Assembly: GCA_963707635.1 (NCBI GenBank)
Contig: OY970173.1
Span: 2,112,001-2,176,000, forward strand
From: Candidatus Latescibacterota bacterium
GTDB lineage: Bacteria; Krumholzibacteriota; Krumholzibacteriia; WVZY01; JAKEHA01
DNA length: 64,000 nt
Reading direction: 5' to 3'
Positions 48,398 through 57,751 of the stretch are shown piece by piece (within the stretch, counting starts at the first letter, position 1; each line of letters starts with the position of its first letter). The notes beneath the pieces were generated by a model that was not told the origin of the DNA, searched no databases, and saw nothing but the letters and a program-made list of their open reading frames with translations. A program made the translations under genes and the position numbers.

Positions 48398-49318
48398 GTG
48401 AACACGGACGTCGAACACAATCTGCACGTCGGACCCGCCGGGTGGCACTACGACGACTGGGACGGCGTCGTCTACCCGCTCCCGCGGCCGCGTGGGTTCG
48501 ACCCGCTCGCCTATCTCGCATCGTACTTCAACCTCATCGAAATCAACAGTACGTTCTATAACACGCCTGCCGCGCACGTCTGCCGACGCTGGCTCGAGCG
48601 CGTGCGCGCGCGCGCGGACTTTCGATTCACGGTCAAGGCGCACCATTCGCTGACCCACCGCCGCGGCCCCGAGTCGTCGGCGGAGCTGCCGGCCGTGCGG
48701 CGCGCGCTGGAGCCGTTCGTCGACGCGGACCGCCTCGGCGCCGTGCTGCTCCAGTTTCCGTGGTCGTTTCGCTTCGACGCGGACGCACGCGCGCACGTGG
48801 ACGCCCTGCTCGACGCCTTCGGCGACACGCCCGTCGCGCTGGAAGTGCGCCACGGCAGCTGGGAGTCGCCGCCCGCCACCGAGTATCTCGCGGGGCGTTC
48901 CGTCACGGTGTGCGGCATCGATCAGCCCGTGATCGGCGACTCGCTCCACCCGTACCGTTTCCAGGCGGGTCGCGCGGGCGCCTACTTTCGACTGCACGGC
49001 CGCAACTACCGGGAGTGGTTTGCCGCCGACGCAGGGCGCGACGCGCGCTACGATTACCTCTACTCCGACGCCGAACTCTCTCCGTGGGTGGACGTCGTGC
49101 GCAGCGCCGCGCAAAGCGGGACACCCGTGTTCGTCGTGCTCAACAACCATTTCCGCGGCAAGGCGCCCGCCAACGCCTTCGCAATGGCGGCGATGTTGCT
49201 TGGGCGCGCGCTGCCCGCCCCCACCCAGCTGCGCCGCGAGTACCCGCAGATCGAGTCGTGGACGTTCGCCGCGGATCACCCCCCGGGCGCGCGTGCACAG
49301 GACCTGTTTGGCGGGTAA
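48398..49318 (+). CDS. DUF72 (YecE-like) TIM-barrel protein
   Basis: GPAGWHYDDW.G.VYP, EINSTFY, LLQFP.SF, EVRH.SW, YFRLHGRN, RYDYLYS, NNH. Extended -10 TGcTATACT at 48355-48363. Confidence 0.9.
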   Translation: MNTDVEHNLHVGPAGWHYDDWDGVVYPLPRPRGFDPLAYLASYFNLIEINSTFYNTPAAHVCRRWLERVRARADFRFTVKAHHSLTHRRGPESSAELPAVRRALEPFVDADRLGAVLLQFPWSFRFDADARAHVDALLDAFGDTPVALEVRHGSWESPPATEYLAGRSVTVCGIDQPVIGDSLHPYRFQAGRAGAYFRLHGRNYREWFAADAGRDARYDYLYSDAELSPWVDVVRSAAQSGTPVFVVLNNHFRGKAPANAFAMAAMLLGRALPAPTQLRREYPQIESWTFAADHPPGARAQDLFGG

Positions 49319-49320
49319 CG

Positions 49321-51042
49321 TCAGCGCAGGGCGAGAACCAGCAGGGCCGCAATGACGAGCACGGCCGCAGCGCCGGCGTAGAGCGCGCGGCGAACGCCGG
49401 GGCGGCGCCACGCGCGGGCGGCCGCGGCGGGCGCGGCCGGTTGGCCATCGAGCGGGTTTTCGGATGGGTTGGCGAAACCGCTATGCATGCCCGGCACGTC
49501 GATCTTGTCGGTCTTGTCGAACAGGCGCAGGCAGATCGAGCAGAACCTGGCGTCGGCCTCTTCCTCCCATCCGCACCGCGGGCACAGGATGCCGCCCGTC
49601 GTCGAACGCCGCTCGACGGTCTTGCCCGCGGGGTCCGAACGCAGCGTCGATTCCGGCCCCGGCGCGTCGGGCGTCGGCACCCGGTCGTCGATCACCTCGA
49701 GCCGTGCCGTTCCACCCAGCTCTTCGATCACCGAAATCAGCCATCGCGCCTTCTTATAGGGAATCCGCTGCATGATGATGCACGGCGCGCGCGACACCAG
49801 CGACCGCATCCGCGGCAGCGGCGACTTCAGCCGCATCGACAGCTTGAGAGCGAACGTCTCCGCGGTTTCGACGTTGGGGTCGATCGCCTGGAGGATGACC
49901 AGGTATTCCGCGTTGGGGTCGGCCGCGGGCGCCGCTTTGGTCGGGGTCTTGCGCGTCGGGGTGACGCCGGCAACCGGAATCTCTTCGCTCACGACCGGTG
50001 CGCCCAGCTTGGCCAGCGACGCCTTCGCCCCTTCGTCCCCCGGGTCCAGATAGAGCACCTTGCGATAATGGAGGATGGCCGCGTCGCGGGCGCGATTGCG
50101 CGGGTTTCCCGCGGGTGCATCCCCCGCCAGCCGTTCGAGCAGGCTGTGGTTCACAGCATCGGTATAGCCGACCGGGTCGCTGACGAACTTGCCCAGCGTG
50201 CGCTGATCGCGCCGCAGGCCGTAGCGGTCCATGAGCGCCTCGAGGTCCATGATCACCTCGGAGGCATGGGCGTATCGCTCCGCCAGCGGCTTCGCCAGGA
50301 GCCTCGACACCACCAGTTCGATCGGGGGCTCGATCATCGGATTGATCGAGCTGATCGCGGGAGGATTCTGGCGCTGAATCTGGTCGACGACTTCGCCGTA
50401 ACTCGACCCCGAAAAGGGACGGCGCCCGCAGAGCAGCTCGAAGGCGACGACTCCGAGCGAAAACAGATCGCTCTGGGTGCCCACCGGCTCGCCGCGGGTC
50501 TGTTCGGGAGACATGTAGGCGGGCGTTCCCACCACCTTGCCCGGCTGCGTGACCACGACGAACTTGTCGACCGACTTGGCCAGACCGAAATCCGCGACCT
50601 TGATCGCCCCCTGCCGGGTGAGAATGACGTTGGCCGGCTTGATGTCGCGGTGGACGAGCTGGGCGGCGTGCGCCGCCTCGAGTCCCCCGCACACGCTGAG
50701 CACGATGGAAAGCGCCACGTCGAGCGGAAGGCGCGGCTGGTTGCGCAGGAGTTCCTCGACGGTGAGCCCGTCGTAGTACTCCATCACGATGTAGTAGGAC
50801 GAATCCGCTTTTCCGTAGTCGACAACATTGACAATGTTGTCGTGCTGGACCTTCGCCGCGACCTCCGCTTCCTGCTGGAAGCGCGCGATGAAGCGACTGT
50901 CCGCCGCGAGGTGCGGGAGCAGTACCTTGATCGCAACCGGCTTCTTTACGGAGAGTTTTCGCGCCTTGTAGACGACCGCCATTCCGCCGACGGCGATCTG
51001 CTCGAAGGAGTCGTATCCGTAGATTCGTAGGGTCGCCTGCAT
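49321..51042 (-). CDS. Hanks-type Ser/Thr protein kinase with TPR-like, L7/L12-CTD-like and zinc-ribbon regions and a C-terminal membrane anchor
   Basis: GGMAVVYKA, VAIKVL, HRDIKPAN, DFG, GTPAYMSPE, CPRC...CSIC, hydrophobic C-terminus. Confidence 0.9.
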   Translation of the reverse strand: MQATLRIYGYDSFEQIAVGGMAVVYKARKLSVKKPVAIKVLLPHLAADSRFIARFQQEAEVAAKVQHDNIVNVVDYGKADSSYYIVMEYYDGLTVEELLRNQPRLPLDVALSIVLSVCGGLEAAHAAQLVHRDIKPANVILTRQGAIKVADFGLAKSVDKFVVVTQPGKVVGTPAYMSPEQTRGEPVGTQSDLFSLGVVAFELLCGRRPFSGSSYGEVVDQIQRQNPPAISSINPMIEPPIELVVSRLLAKPLAERYAHASEVIMDLEALMDRYGLRRDQRTLGKFVSDPVGYTDAVNHSLLERLAGDAPAGNPRNRARDAAILHYRKVLYLDPGDEGAKASLAKLGAPVVSEEIPVAGVTPTRKTPTKAAPAADPNAEYLVILQAIDPNVETAETFALKLSMRLKSPLPRMRSLVSRAPCIIMQRIPYKKARWLISVIEELGGTARLEVIDDRVPTPDAPGPESTLRSDPAGKTVERRSTTGGILCPRCGWEEEADARFCSICLRLFDKTDKIDVPGMHSGFANPSENPLDGQPAAPAAAARAWRRPGVRRALYAGAAAVLVIAALLVLALR

Positions 51043-51075
51043 GCCGTGTCCTCGCCCAGGGGGCGGCTACAGGCA

Positions 51076-51091
51076 TGCAGGGATCGTACCA
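51076..51091 (-). promoter_or_regulatory. sigma54 promoter candidate upstream of the Ser/Thr kinase
   Basis: TGGTACGATCCCTGCA, with an AT-rich tract 30-80 nt upstream. Confidence 0.6.
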
Positions 51092-51170
51092 CGCAGCGCG
51101 GCCCGGACGGGCGACCTGCAGTTATGCACGAAGCAATCGTTATAATCTACAGTTAAATAATTACTTGTGA

Positions 51171-51575
51171 CTACGGAGCCTCGGCAGAGGTGTAGTGGCC
51201 CTCCACGTTTCCGGTGCTCACTGCCGCGACACCCATCTGCAGACCCGTGATCTGGAAGGGCAACGTGGCCGGGAGCGAGGTATTGGTCGTCTCGGCCACC
51301 AGCTCCGGCGCCGTGCCGAGTTCGAGAAGATAGACCCGATAGCGATCCACGTCGGTGGCGTCGCTGATGGTCCAGCTGAGGTCGTAGTCGTAGCCGCCCT
51401 GTGGATTCGCGCCCGCGTAGGTGATCACGAAGTTGCCCGGTGTCGGCGGCACGGCCAGGTCGACCGCGGCCGGGAAGTCGGCGTGCTCCGGGCACCCGAG
51501 CGCACCGACCAAGAGTACCAGCAGGCACAGTGCCGCGGCGCGCCGGCGAATCGTCACGGGGTGGATGGAACGCAT
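51171..51575 (-). CDS. Small lipoprotein with a fibronectin-III-like beta-sandwich
   Basis: Lipobox GALGC, PPTPGNF...LSW...YRVY...VAAV...NVEG. GGGAGG RBS. Confidence 0.65.
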   Translation of the reverse strand: MRSIHPVTIRRRAAALCLLVLLVGALGCPEHADFPAAVDLAVPPTPGNFVITYAGANPQGGYDYDLSWTISDATDVDRYRVYLLELGTAPELVAETTNTSLPATLPFQITGLQMGVAAVSTGNVEGHYTSAEAP

Positions 51576-51585
51576 GGGCCCTCCC

Positions 51586-52119
51586 CTAGAAGTGGATCGT
51601 GCGCACGAGACGCAGGCCGTCCCCGTGCCACTCGAGTGAAGTCTGGGTCGGTTCGACATTCTCCCCGGTGTCGGGATCCGACAGCAGAATGTCGATGAGG
51701 TTCAGCGCGTAGACACCGATCAGCGCTCCGAGGAAGATATTTCTCCATTGGGCGTCGTCCTCGGCGTCGTTCCAGCTGCTTTCCATCGCCGCGTAGGTGG
51801 CATTGACGTCGTCGATCTGGACGACCTGGCCGCTGTCGATGGCGGTCTGGTAATAAAGATAGTCGCGCTTGCTGTTGTTGTATGTGTCAGCCGAACGGGC
51901 ATAGTTGATCTGGGTCGCGAAGAGCCCGGTGGCCGAGATGATCGCCGCCGCCGCGAACGCGGTTCCACGCCCGTAGTGACCGTCCTGCACCTGGCCGAGG
52001 CCGGGGAGCAGCGCCGACAGCAGCACCGAATCGACCGCCGCCGCGGGGGATGCAATCGACGTAACGAAAAAAACCGCCAAAACGGCCGCCGTCGCGCGCT
52101 TCGTCTTGCCACGTTTCAT
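51586..52119 (-). CDS. Exported/membrane protein (DUF5683-like)
   Basis: Signal peptide, SALLPGLGQ...Y.RG, YALNLID, C-terminal ...LVRTIHF. Confidence 0.6.
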   Translation of the reverse strand: MKRGKTKRATAAVLAVFFVTSIASPAAAVDSVLLSALLPGLGQVQDGHYGRGTAFAAAAIISATGLFATQINYARSADTYNNSKRDYLYYQTAIDSGQVVQIDDVNATYAAMESSWNDAEDDAQWRNIFLGALIGVYALNLIDILLSDPDTGENVEPTQTSLEWHGDGLRLVRTIHF

Positions 52120-52273
52120 GTATCCGCCTACGTTTCCTTGGAGGTACGAACACCCTCGGCGGGGACACCGCCAACCTGGACGCTAAATGTACGCGGTCAA
52201 GCGCCGAATGTTACGGGCAATTCCCGCGCGAGGCAATTTTTTTCTGCGCCCGCCCCGGGGCTTGCGGCCCGCG

Positions 52274-52303
52274 TTGACGCCCGTGCCACCCCAAGGTTAG
52301 CAT
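52274..52303 (+). promoter_or_regulatory. Candidate sigma70 promoter for the ABC operon
   Basis: TTGACG-N18-TAGCAT. Confidence 0.45.
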
Positions 52304-52330
52304 GGCGGCTCCACCGGACGCTGTGTCCCT

Positions 52331-53266
52331 ATGATTGAAGCAAACGGTCTGACCAAGCGGTTTGGCGCTCGCGACGCCGTCAGCGGCGTCTCCTTCCGGG
52401 TCGAGGTGGGCGAGATCGTCGGCTTCCTCGGGCCCAACGGGGCCGGCAAGACCACGACGCTGCGCATGCTCACGACCTACCTCCCCCCCACCGCCGGCAC
52501 CGCGCGCGTGGCCGGCTTCGACGTCGAGTCGGACGCGATGGCGGTGCGCTCGCGCATCGGCTACCTCCCCGAATCCGTGGCCCTCTATCGGGACCTGACG
52601 GTTCGGGCCTATCTCGACTTCGTCGCAACGCTCAAGGGGATGTCGCGCGCGAGCCGCGCCCGCCGCGCCGAAGAGGTGGTCGACGCGTGCGGGATCCGCG
52701 AGGTCTACGCGCGCCGCATCGGGACGCTCTCGCGGGGCTACCGCCAGCGCGTCGGGCTCGCGCAGGCGCTGATCAACGACCCCGAGGTGCTGTTTCTCGA
52801 CGAGCCCACGGTGGGCCTGGACCCGCGACAGATCGTCGAGATCCGCGACCTGATTCGCAGCCTGGCCGGGAGACGCACCGTGATCTTGAGCACGCACATT
52901 CTCCCCGAAGTCAACCTGCTCTGCCGGCGCGTGCTCATCATTCACCGCGGGCGCCTGGTCAGCGACGGGCCTCCGCGCGAGCTCGCCGCCCACGCGGGCG
53001 GCCCGCCGCGCCTCGAGCTCGAAGTGCGCGGCACGCGCGAGGCACTCGCCGTCGCCCTCGCCGGAATCCCGGAGCTTCTCTCCTTCGAGATCGACGTCGA
53101 CTCCGATGGCACGTGCCGGGCGCGCGTCGTCGCGCGTGACGGCCTCGATCCCCGCGAGGCCATCGCGGAGACGCTGGTCCGCCACCGCCTGGGGCTGCGC
53201 TCGATGACGATGCGCACCGCGTCGCTGGAAGACGTGTTCCTTCAACTCGTGACCCGCGAGGACTGA
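52331..53266 (+). CDS. ABC transporter ATP-binding subunit (GldA-like)
   Basis: GPNGAGKTT, LSRGYRQR, LDEPTVGLDP, STH. Confidence 0.92.
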   Translation: MIEANGLTKRFGARDAVSGVSFRVEVGEIVGFLGPNGAGKTTTLRMLTTYLPPTAGTARVAGFDVESDAMAVRSRIGYLPESVALYRDLTVRAYLDFVATLKGMSRASRARRAEEVVDACGIREVYARRIGTLSRGYRQRVGLAQALINDPEVLFLDEPTVGLDPRQIVEIRDLIRSLAGRRTVILSTHILPEVNLLCRRVLIIHRGRLVSDGPPRELAAHAGGPPRLELEVRGTREALAVALAGIPELLSFEIDVDSDGTCRARVVARDGLDPREAIAETLVRHRLGLRSMTMRTASLEDVFLQLVTRED

Positions 53267-53267
53267 C

Positions 53268-54038
53268 GTGTCCAAGTTTCTGGCCCTGTATCGCCGCGAG
53301 CTCGCCTACTACTTTCAATCGCCCGTCGCCTATGCGGTCGTGGCCGTGTTCCTGCTCTTCTGCGGGTATTCGTTCTACAATCTGCTCGGCTATTTCAATC
53401 TGCTGTCGATCCAGGTGATGCAGAATCCCCTGCAGGCGCGCACGCTGAGCATCACCGCCTCGGTGCTGGCACCGCTGTTCGGTAACATGAGCACGATTCT
53501 CCTCCTGATCCTTCCCCTGCTCACGATGCGCCTGTTCACGGAGGAGCGCCGGAGCGGCTCGGCCGAGCTCCTGTTCACCTACCCCGTCTCCGACCGCAGC
53601 GTGATCGCCGGAAAATTCATCGCGGCGATTACCGTGCTCGCCGTCATGCTGGCCATGACCGCGCCCTACGTCGCGTTGCTCGCGCTGTTCGCGTCGCCGG
53701 AGCCCGGGCCGGTGATCTCCGGCTACCTGGGCGTGTGGCTCATGGGGGTATCGTTCGTCGCGATGGGAACGTTCTTCTCCGCTCTGGGCGAGAGCCAGCT
53801 CGTCGCGGGAGCCATGACGCTCGGCTGCGGCCTGCTCTTCCTGGTGATCGGATGGATCGCCCCGTTCGTGTCTCCGGCCGTGGCGGCGGTCCTCGACGAG
53901 CTGTCGATCATCCGCCACCTGGAGGGCTTCGGGCGCGGTGTCCTCGACACCAACGATCTGGTCTTCTACGCCAACCTCACCGCGCTTTTTCTCTTCCTGA
54001 GCGCGCGCGCGCTGGACTCGGTACGCTGGCGGAGCTGA
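53268..54038 (+). CDS. ABC-2 permease (GldF-like)
   Basis: RELAYYFQSPVAY, LTMRLFTEERRSG..ELL.T.P, 6 TM helices. Confidence 0.9.
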   Translation: MSKFLALYRRELAYYFQSPVAYAVVAVFLLFCGYSFYNLLGYFNLLSIQVMQNPLQARTLSITASVLAPLFGNMSTILLLILPLLTMRLFTEERRSGSAELLFTYPVSDRSVIAGKFIAAITVLAVMLAMTAPYVALLALFASPEPGPVISGYLGVWLMGVSFVAMGTFFSALGESQLVAGAMTLGCGLLFLVIGWIAPFVSPAVAAVLDELSIIRHLEGFGRGVLDTNDLVFYANLTALFLFLSARALDSVRWRS

Positions 54039-55573
54039 TGGTGACGCGGACGTCGATCTCCCGGATGGTCGCCGCACTGGGGCTGGCCGCCCTGCTGGCC
54101 GGCGGGACGCTCTACGCGGCGCGCGGCGGGACCACCGCCTGGACGCTGTCGCTGGCGGCCGGCGCGGCCCTCCTTGCCGTGGTCGCCGTGCTCAATCGGC
54201 GCGCCCTGCTCGCGTTCTGCCGCGGCCGTGGCGCGCGGCGCGGCGCCGACGCCGTCCTGGCCACGATTTTCTTCGTCGCGGTGCTGGCGGTGGTGCAGGC
54301 GACCTCGGTGCGCCGTTCCCATCTCTTCGACCTCACTCGCAACCAGCGCAACACCCTCGCGCCCCAGACCGTCGCGCTGCTCGATTCGCTCGACCGTGAC
54401 GTGACCGCCACCGCCTTCTTCCGCCAGAACTCGCCGGTCCGCGCCGGGGCCGAGCAGCTGCTCGGACTCTACGCCCGCCTCTCCCCTCGATTCCGCACTC
54501 GCGTGGTCGACCCGGACCGCCACCCGGAGCTCGTCGAATCGCTCGGCGCCAACGCCGACGAAATCGTGCTCGAGGCCGGTGGAGCGCGGCGCATCGCGCG
54601 CGCGGCGAGCGAGGACGCCGTGACCAACGCGCTCCTCCAGGTCACGCGCACCGGTGCCAAGACGATCTACTTCCTGACCGGACACGGCGAACGCGCCATC
54701 GATCTCGAGTCGTCGGACGGTTTTTCGTCCGCACGCGCGGGGCTCGAGTCGCAGGGATACACCGTGCGCGCGCTTTCGCTGCTCGGCCTCGCCGCCACCC
54801 CCGACGACGCGGCGGTGGTGGTGATCGCGGGACCGCGGAGAGATCTCCTCGATCCGGAGGTGACCCTGCTGCGCGACTATCTTGCCGGCGGCGGCTCGCT
54901 CCTCGCCCTGGTCGACCCGCGTGCGCAGGTTCCGCTCCTGGGCGCCCTGCTGGCTGAATTCCGGCTCGCGCTCGTGGACGCGGTGATCCTCGACGAGATC
55001 GTGCTCGACGCCGGCAATCGCACGTTCGACGCGACCGTGGCCAAGATCCGGCGCTACGAGCGCCACCCCGTCACCCGCGGATTCAACTTCGTGACCATGT
55101 TTCCGCGGGCGCGGCCCGTGCGCATCACCGCCGACAGTGCCGAGGTCGGCCTCGACGCGCGCTATCTGTGCGTCACCGACGACGTCGCGTGGGGCGAGGT
55201 GGACATGGACCGCTTCCAGACCGGGAGCGCCTCGCGCGACGGCGAAGACATCGCGGGCCCGCTTCCCGTCGCCGCCGCGGTCGAGCTGACCCGTTCGGGC
55301 AGGTCGAGCCGCGTGGTGCTGGTGGGAGACTCCGACTTCGCGAGCGACGGCTTCTACGGCGTGCTCGGAAATTCGGACCTGTTCCTGAACATGATCGCCT
55401 ACCTGGCCGAGGAAGAGAGCCTGATCACGGTCCGCCCGCGCCCACCGCTCGGCGACAGCGTCTACATCACCGAGAGTCAGGGGCGGCTCGTCTTCGCCGT
55501 GTGCATGGTGGCGCTGCCGCTGACGTCGATCGTGACCGGGCTCTTCGTCTACCTTCGCCGCCGGCGTTTGTGA
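54038..55573 (+). CDS. GldG-like ABC auxiliary protein
   Basis: ATG overlaps the permease TGA. DLTRNQRNTL, YFLTGHGE, VGDSDF, NSDLFLN, C-terminal TM helix. Confidence 0.88.
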   Translation: MVTRTSISRMVAALGLAALLAGGTLYAARGGTTAWTLSLAAGAALLAVVAVLNRRALLAFCRGRGARRGADAVLATIFFVAVLAVVQATSVRRSHLFDLTRNQRNTLAPQTVALLDSLDRDVTATAFFRQNSPVRAGAEQLLGLYARLSPRFRTRVVDPDRHPELVESLGANADEIVLEAGGARRIARAASEDAVTNALLQVTRTGAKTIYFLTGHGERAIDLESSDGFSSARAGLESQGYTVRALSLLGLAATPDDAAVVVIAGPRRDLLDPEVTLLRDYLAGGGSLLALVDPRAQVPLLGALLAEFRLALVDAVILDEIVLDAGNRTFDATVAKIRRYERHPVTRGFNFVTMFPRARPVRITADSAEVGLDARYLCVTDDVAWGEVDMDRFQTGSASRDGEDIAGPLPVAAAVELTRSGRSSRVVLVGDSDFASDGFYGVLGNSDLFLNMIAYLAEEESLITVRPRPPLGDSVYITESQGRLVFAVCMVALPLTSIVTGLFVYLRRRRL

Positions 55574-55577
55574 CCCC

Positions 55578-56894
55578 ATGCCGTCGCGCACCACCCGCGT
55601 CCTCGCCGTCCTCGCCGTCCTCGCCGTGGCAGCGTTTGTGGTATTCGAACTGCCGCAGCGACGTGCCCGCGAACAGGCCGAGCGGAACGCCTCCGCACTG
55701 TTTGGCTTCGACGCGACGGGCGTCGACGGCGTCCGCGTGCGCCGGGGTGGCGAGGAGCTGGTCTTCGTGCGGCGCGATACCGGATGGGAAATGCTCTCTC
55801 CACTCGCCGATCACGCCGAGACCTCCGCGGTGGCGTCGCTGATCCAGGCGCTGCACGATGCCGGCGTGGAGCGAAACCTGGGCCGGGAGGACGACGACGA
55901 GCGCTTCGGGCTGCGCGCGCCCGCGGCGGTGGTATGGATCGCCGCCGGCCGCGACACCGTCGCGCGCCTCGAGATCGGCCGCTACACCCCCGATCGCGCG
56001 TTCGTCTACGCACGCCGGAGTGACGGCGACATCGTGCTCGCGCCGACCGACCTCCACCGCGCTGCCACGCTTGCGCTCGACGCGTACCGAAGTCGTCGCG
56101 TCGTCGACTTCGAGCGTGCGGCGGTGCGTTCGTTCGAACTTCGCAACCCCGCCGGCGCATCGCGCTGGGCGCGCTCTGGCCCCGCTGCGTGGCTCGCCGT
56201 GGTCGCGGGCGACACCATCCCGGGGGACTCGACCGCCGTCGAGGCAGTGCTCCGCACGCTGCGAGGTTTGCGGATCTCGCGCTTTCTGGCACCCACCGAC
56301 ACCGCCCGCGCACTCGACCACGCCGAGGTGGCAATCACCATCGAACGCGCAGCGCCGCTACCCTCAGTCCGGGTGCGCTTTCGCTGCCCGGGCGCCTCGT
56401 GCCTCGTGCACTGCGACGGCGAGACGCGGGTGTCGGAAATTGCGGACGGCATCGGCGTGCTGATGACCGCCGGCATCGACGACCTGCGCGACCGGCGCCT
56501 GCTTCACTTCGCGCCCGAACGGGCGGGTCGAATCGAGATTTCCATCCCCGACACCTCGGCGGTGCTGGTGCGCGCCGGCGACGCGTGGGCGGTGCCCAAC
56601 CCGGCGATGGGAACGCTCGACCGCGGGCGGACGGCCGACTTCGTCCGCACACTGCAGTCGCTGCGCTGGACCCGCATCGCCGTGCCCGCGAAGGACCCGC
56701 CGCGCGGCGCCTCGACGGAGTACGCGCTGGTGGTGTACGCGCGCGACGGAGGCATTCTCGACGACGTGCGCGGCGCGGTACGCGGCGACCCTCCGGTCTA
56801 CACCGGCAGGTCGCGTTCCAGCGGCCTGCTCACCGAAACCGACGCTTCCGCGTTCGAGGCGCTGGTCGCAAGCCTCCGCCGGTTGCAGCGATGA
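55578..56894 (+). CDS. DUF4340-family periplasmic protein
   Basis: N-terminal anchor, repeated W.M..P..D.A...V..L...L units, FGL..P, LEIG..TP, LRDRRL. Confidence 0.75.
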   Translation: MPSRTTRVLAVLAVLAVAAFVVFELPQRRAREQAERNASALFGFDATGVDGVRVRRGGEELVFVRRDTGWEMLSPLADHAETSAVASLIQALHDAGVERNLGREDDDERFGLRAPAAVVWIAAGRDTVARLEIGRYTPDRAFVYARRSDGDIVLAPTDLHRAATLALDAYRSRRVVDFERAAVRSFELRNPAGASRWARSGPAAWLAVVAGDTIPGDSTAVEAVLRTLRGLRISRFLAPTDTARALDHAEVAITIERAAPLPSVRVRFRCPGASCLVHCDGETRVSEIADGIGVLMTAGIDDLRDRRLLHFAPERAGRIEISIPDTSAVLVRAGDAWAVPNPAMGTLDRGRTADFVRTLQSLRWTRIAVPAKDPPRGASTEYALVVYARDGGILDDVRGAVRGDPPVYTGRSRSSGLLTETDASAFEALVASLRRLQR

Positions 56895-57751
56895 ACCCCT
56901 CGAACGCGATACGCCAGCCCGCGGTCGCCGGGATGTTCTACCCGGGCGAGCGTGGCACGCTCCTCGCGGCGGTGGACGCCCTCCTCGCCGCCGCGCCGGC
57001 GCCGGCGCTGCCGAACCCGCCGCGCGTGCTGCTCTCTCCCCACGCCGGGTACGCGTATTCCGGCGCCGTCGCCGCGCACGCGTTTCGCTGCCTGGAATCG
57101 GCGGCCGCCGACACGTTCGTGCTCATTGGCCCGTCCCACGTCGAGGCGTTCGACTTTTCCTCGGTGTTCGATGGCGATGCGTACCGCACCCCGCTCGGCG
57201 ACGTGCCCGTCGACGCCGGGCTTGCGCGCGCCATCGCCGGGCGGGCACCGTCGATCCGGCTTTCGCGCCGCGGCCACGTTCGTCCTCCGCTGTCCCGGGG
57301 CGAGCACAGCCTCGAAGTGCTGCTCCCGTTTCTCCAGCGTATCGCGCCGGACGCGAGCATCGTCCCGATCGTGATGGGGTCACAGACGTGGGAGGCGTGC
57401 GAGGAACTCGGCGCCGCCGTTGCGGGTGTTGTGCCTCCATCCCGCGCCGTGGTCGTGGCCAGCTCCGACCTCTCCCACTTCCACGCCGACGCCGAGGCGC
57501 GTCGCCTCGACGCGGTTTTTTGCGAGACGCTCGAGGGCGGCGACGCGGCGGCGCTCTTCCGCGCCGTCGACGAGGGACGGTGCGAGGCGTGCGGCGCGGG
57601 GCCGACGATCGCGTCCGTGCTCACGTCCCGGCGCTGGCTGGCGCCGTCGTGCCGCGTGCTCGCCAGCGCCAACTCCGGCGACGTGACGGGCGACCGCTCC
57701 AGCGTGGTGGGCTACGCGGCCGCGGTCGTCACTGCCGGCGGACCGGCGTGA
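56891..57751 (+). CDS. amrB: AmmeMemoRadiSam system protein B (MEMO1 family)
   Basis: IRQPAVAGMFYP, PHAGYAYSG, GPSH, EHSLEV, SSDLSH, CG, NSGD, VVGY. Confidence 0.92.
   Translation: MNPSNAIRQPAVAGMFYPGERGTLLAAVDALLAAAPAPALPNPPRVLLSPHAGYAYSGAVAAHAFRCLESAAADTFVLIGPSHVEAFDFSSVFDGDAYRTPLGDVPVDAGLARAIAGRAPSIRLSRRGHVRPPLSRGEHSLEVLLPFLQRIAPDASIVPIVMGSQTWEACEELGAAVAGVVPPSRAVVVASSDLSHFHADAEARRLDAVFCETLEGGDAAALFRAVDEGRCEACGAGPTIASVLTSRRWLAPSCRVLASANSGDVTGDRSSVVGYAAAVVTAGGPA

Noticed and set aside
55599..55625. (GTCCTCGCC)x3 tandem repeat
   Set aside because: In-frame Val-Leu-Ala repeat within a membrane anchor, neither CRISPR nor a phase-variation tract.
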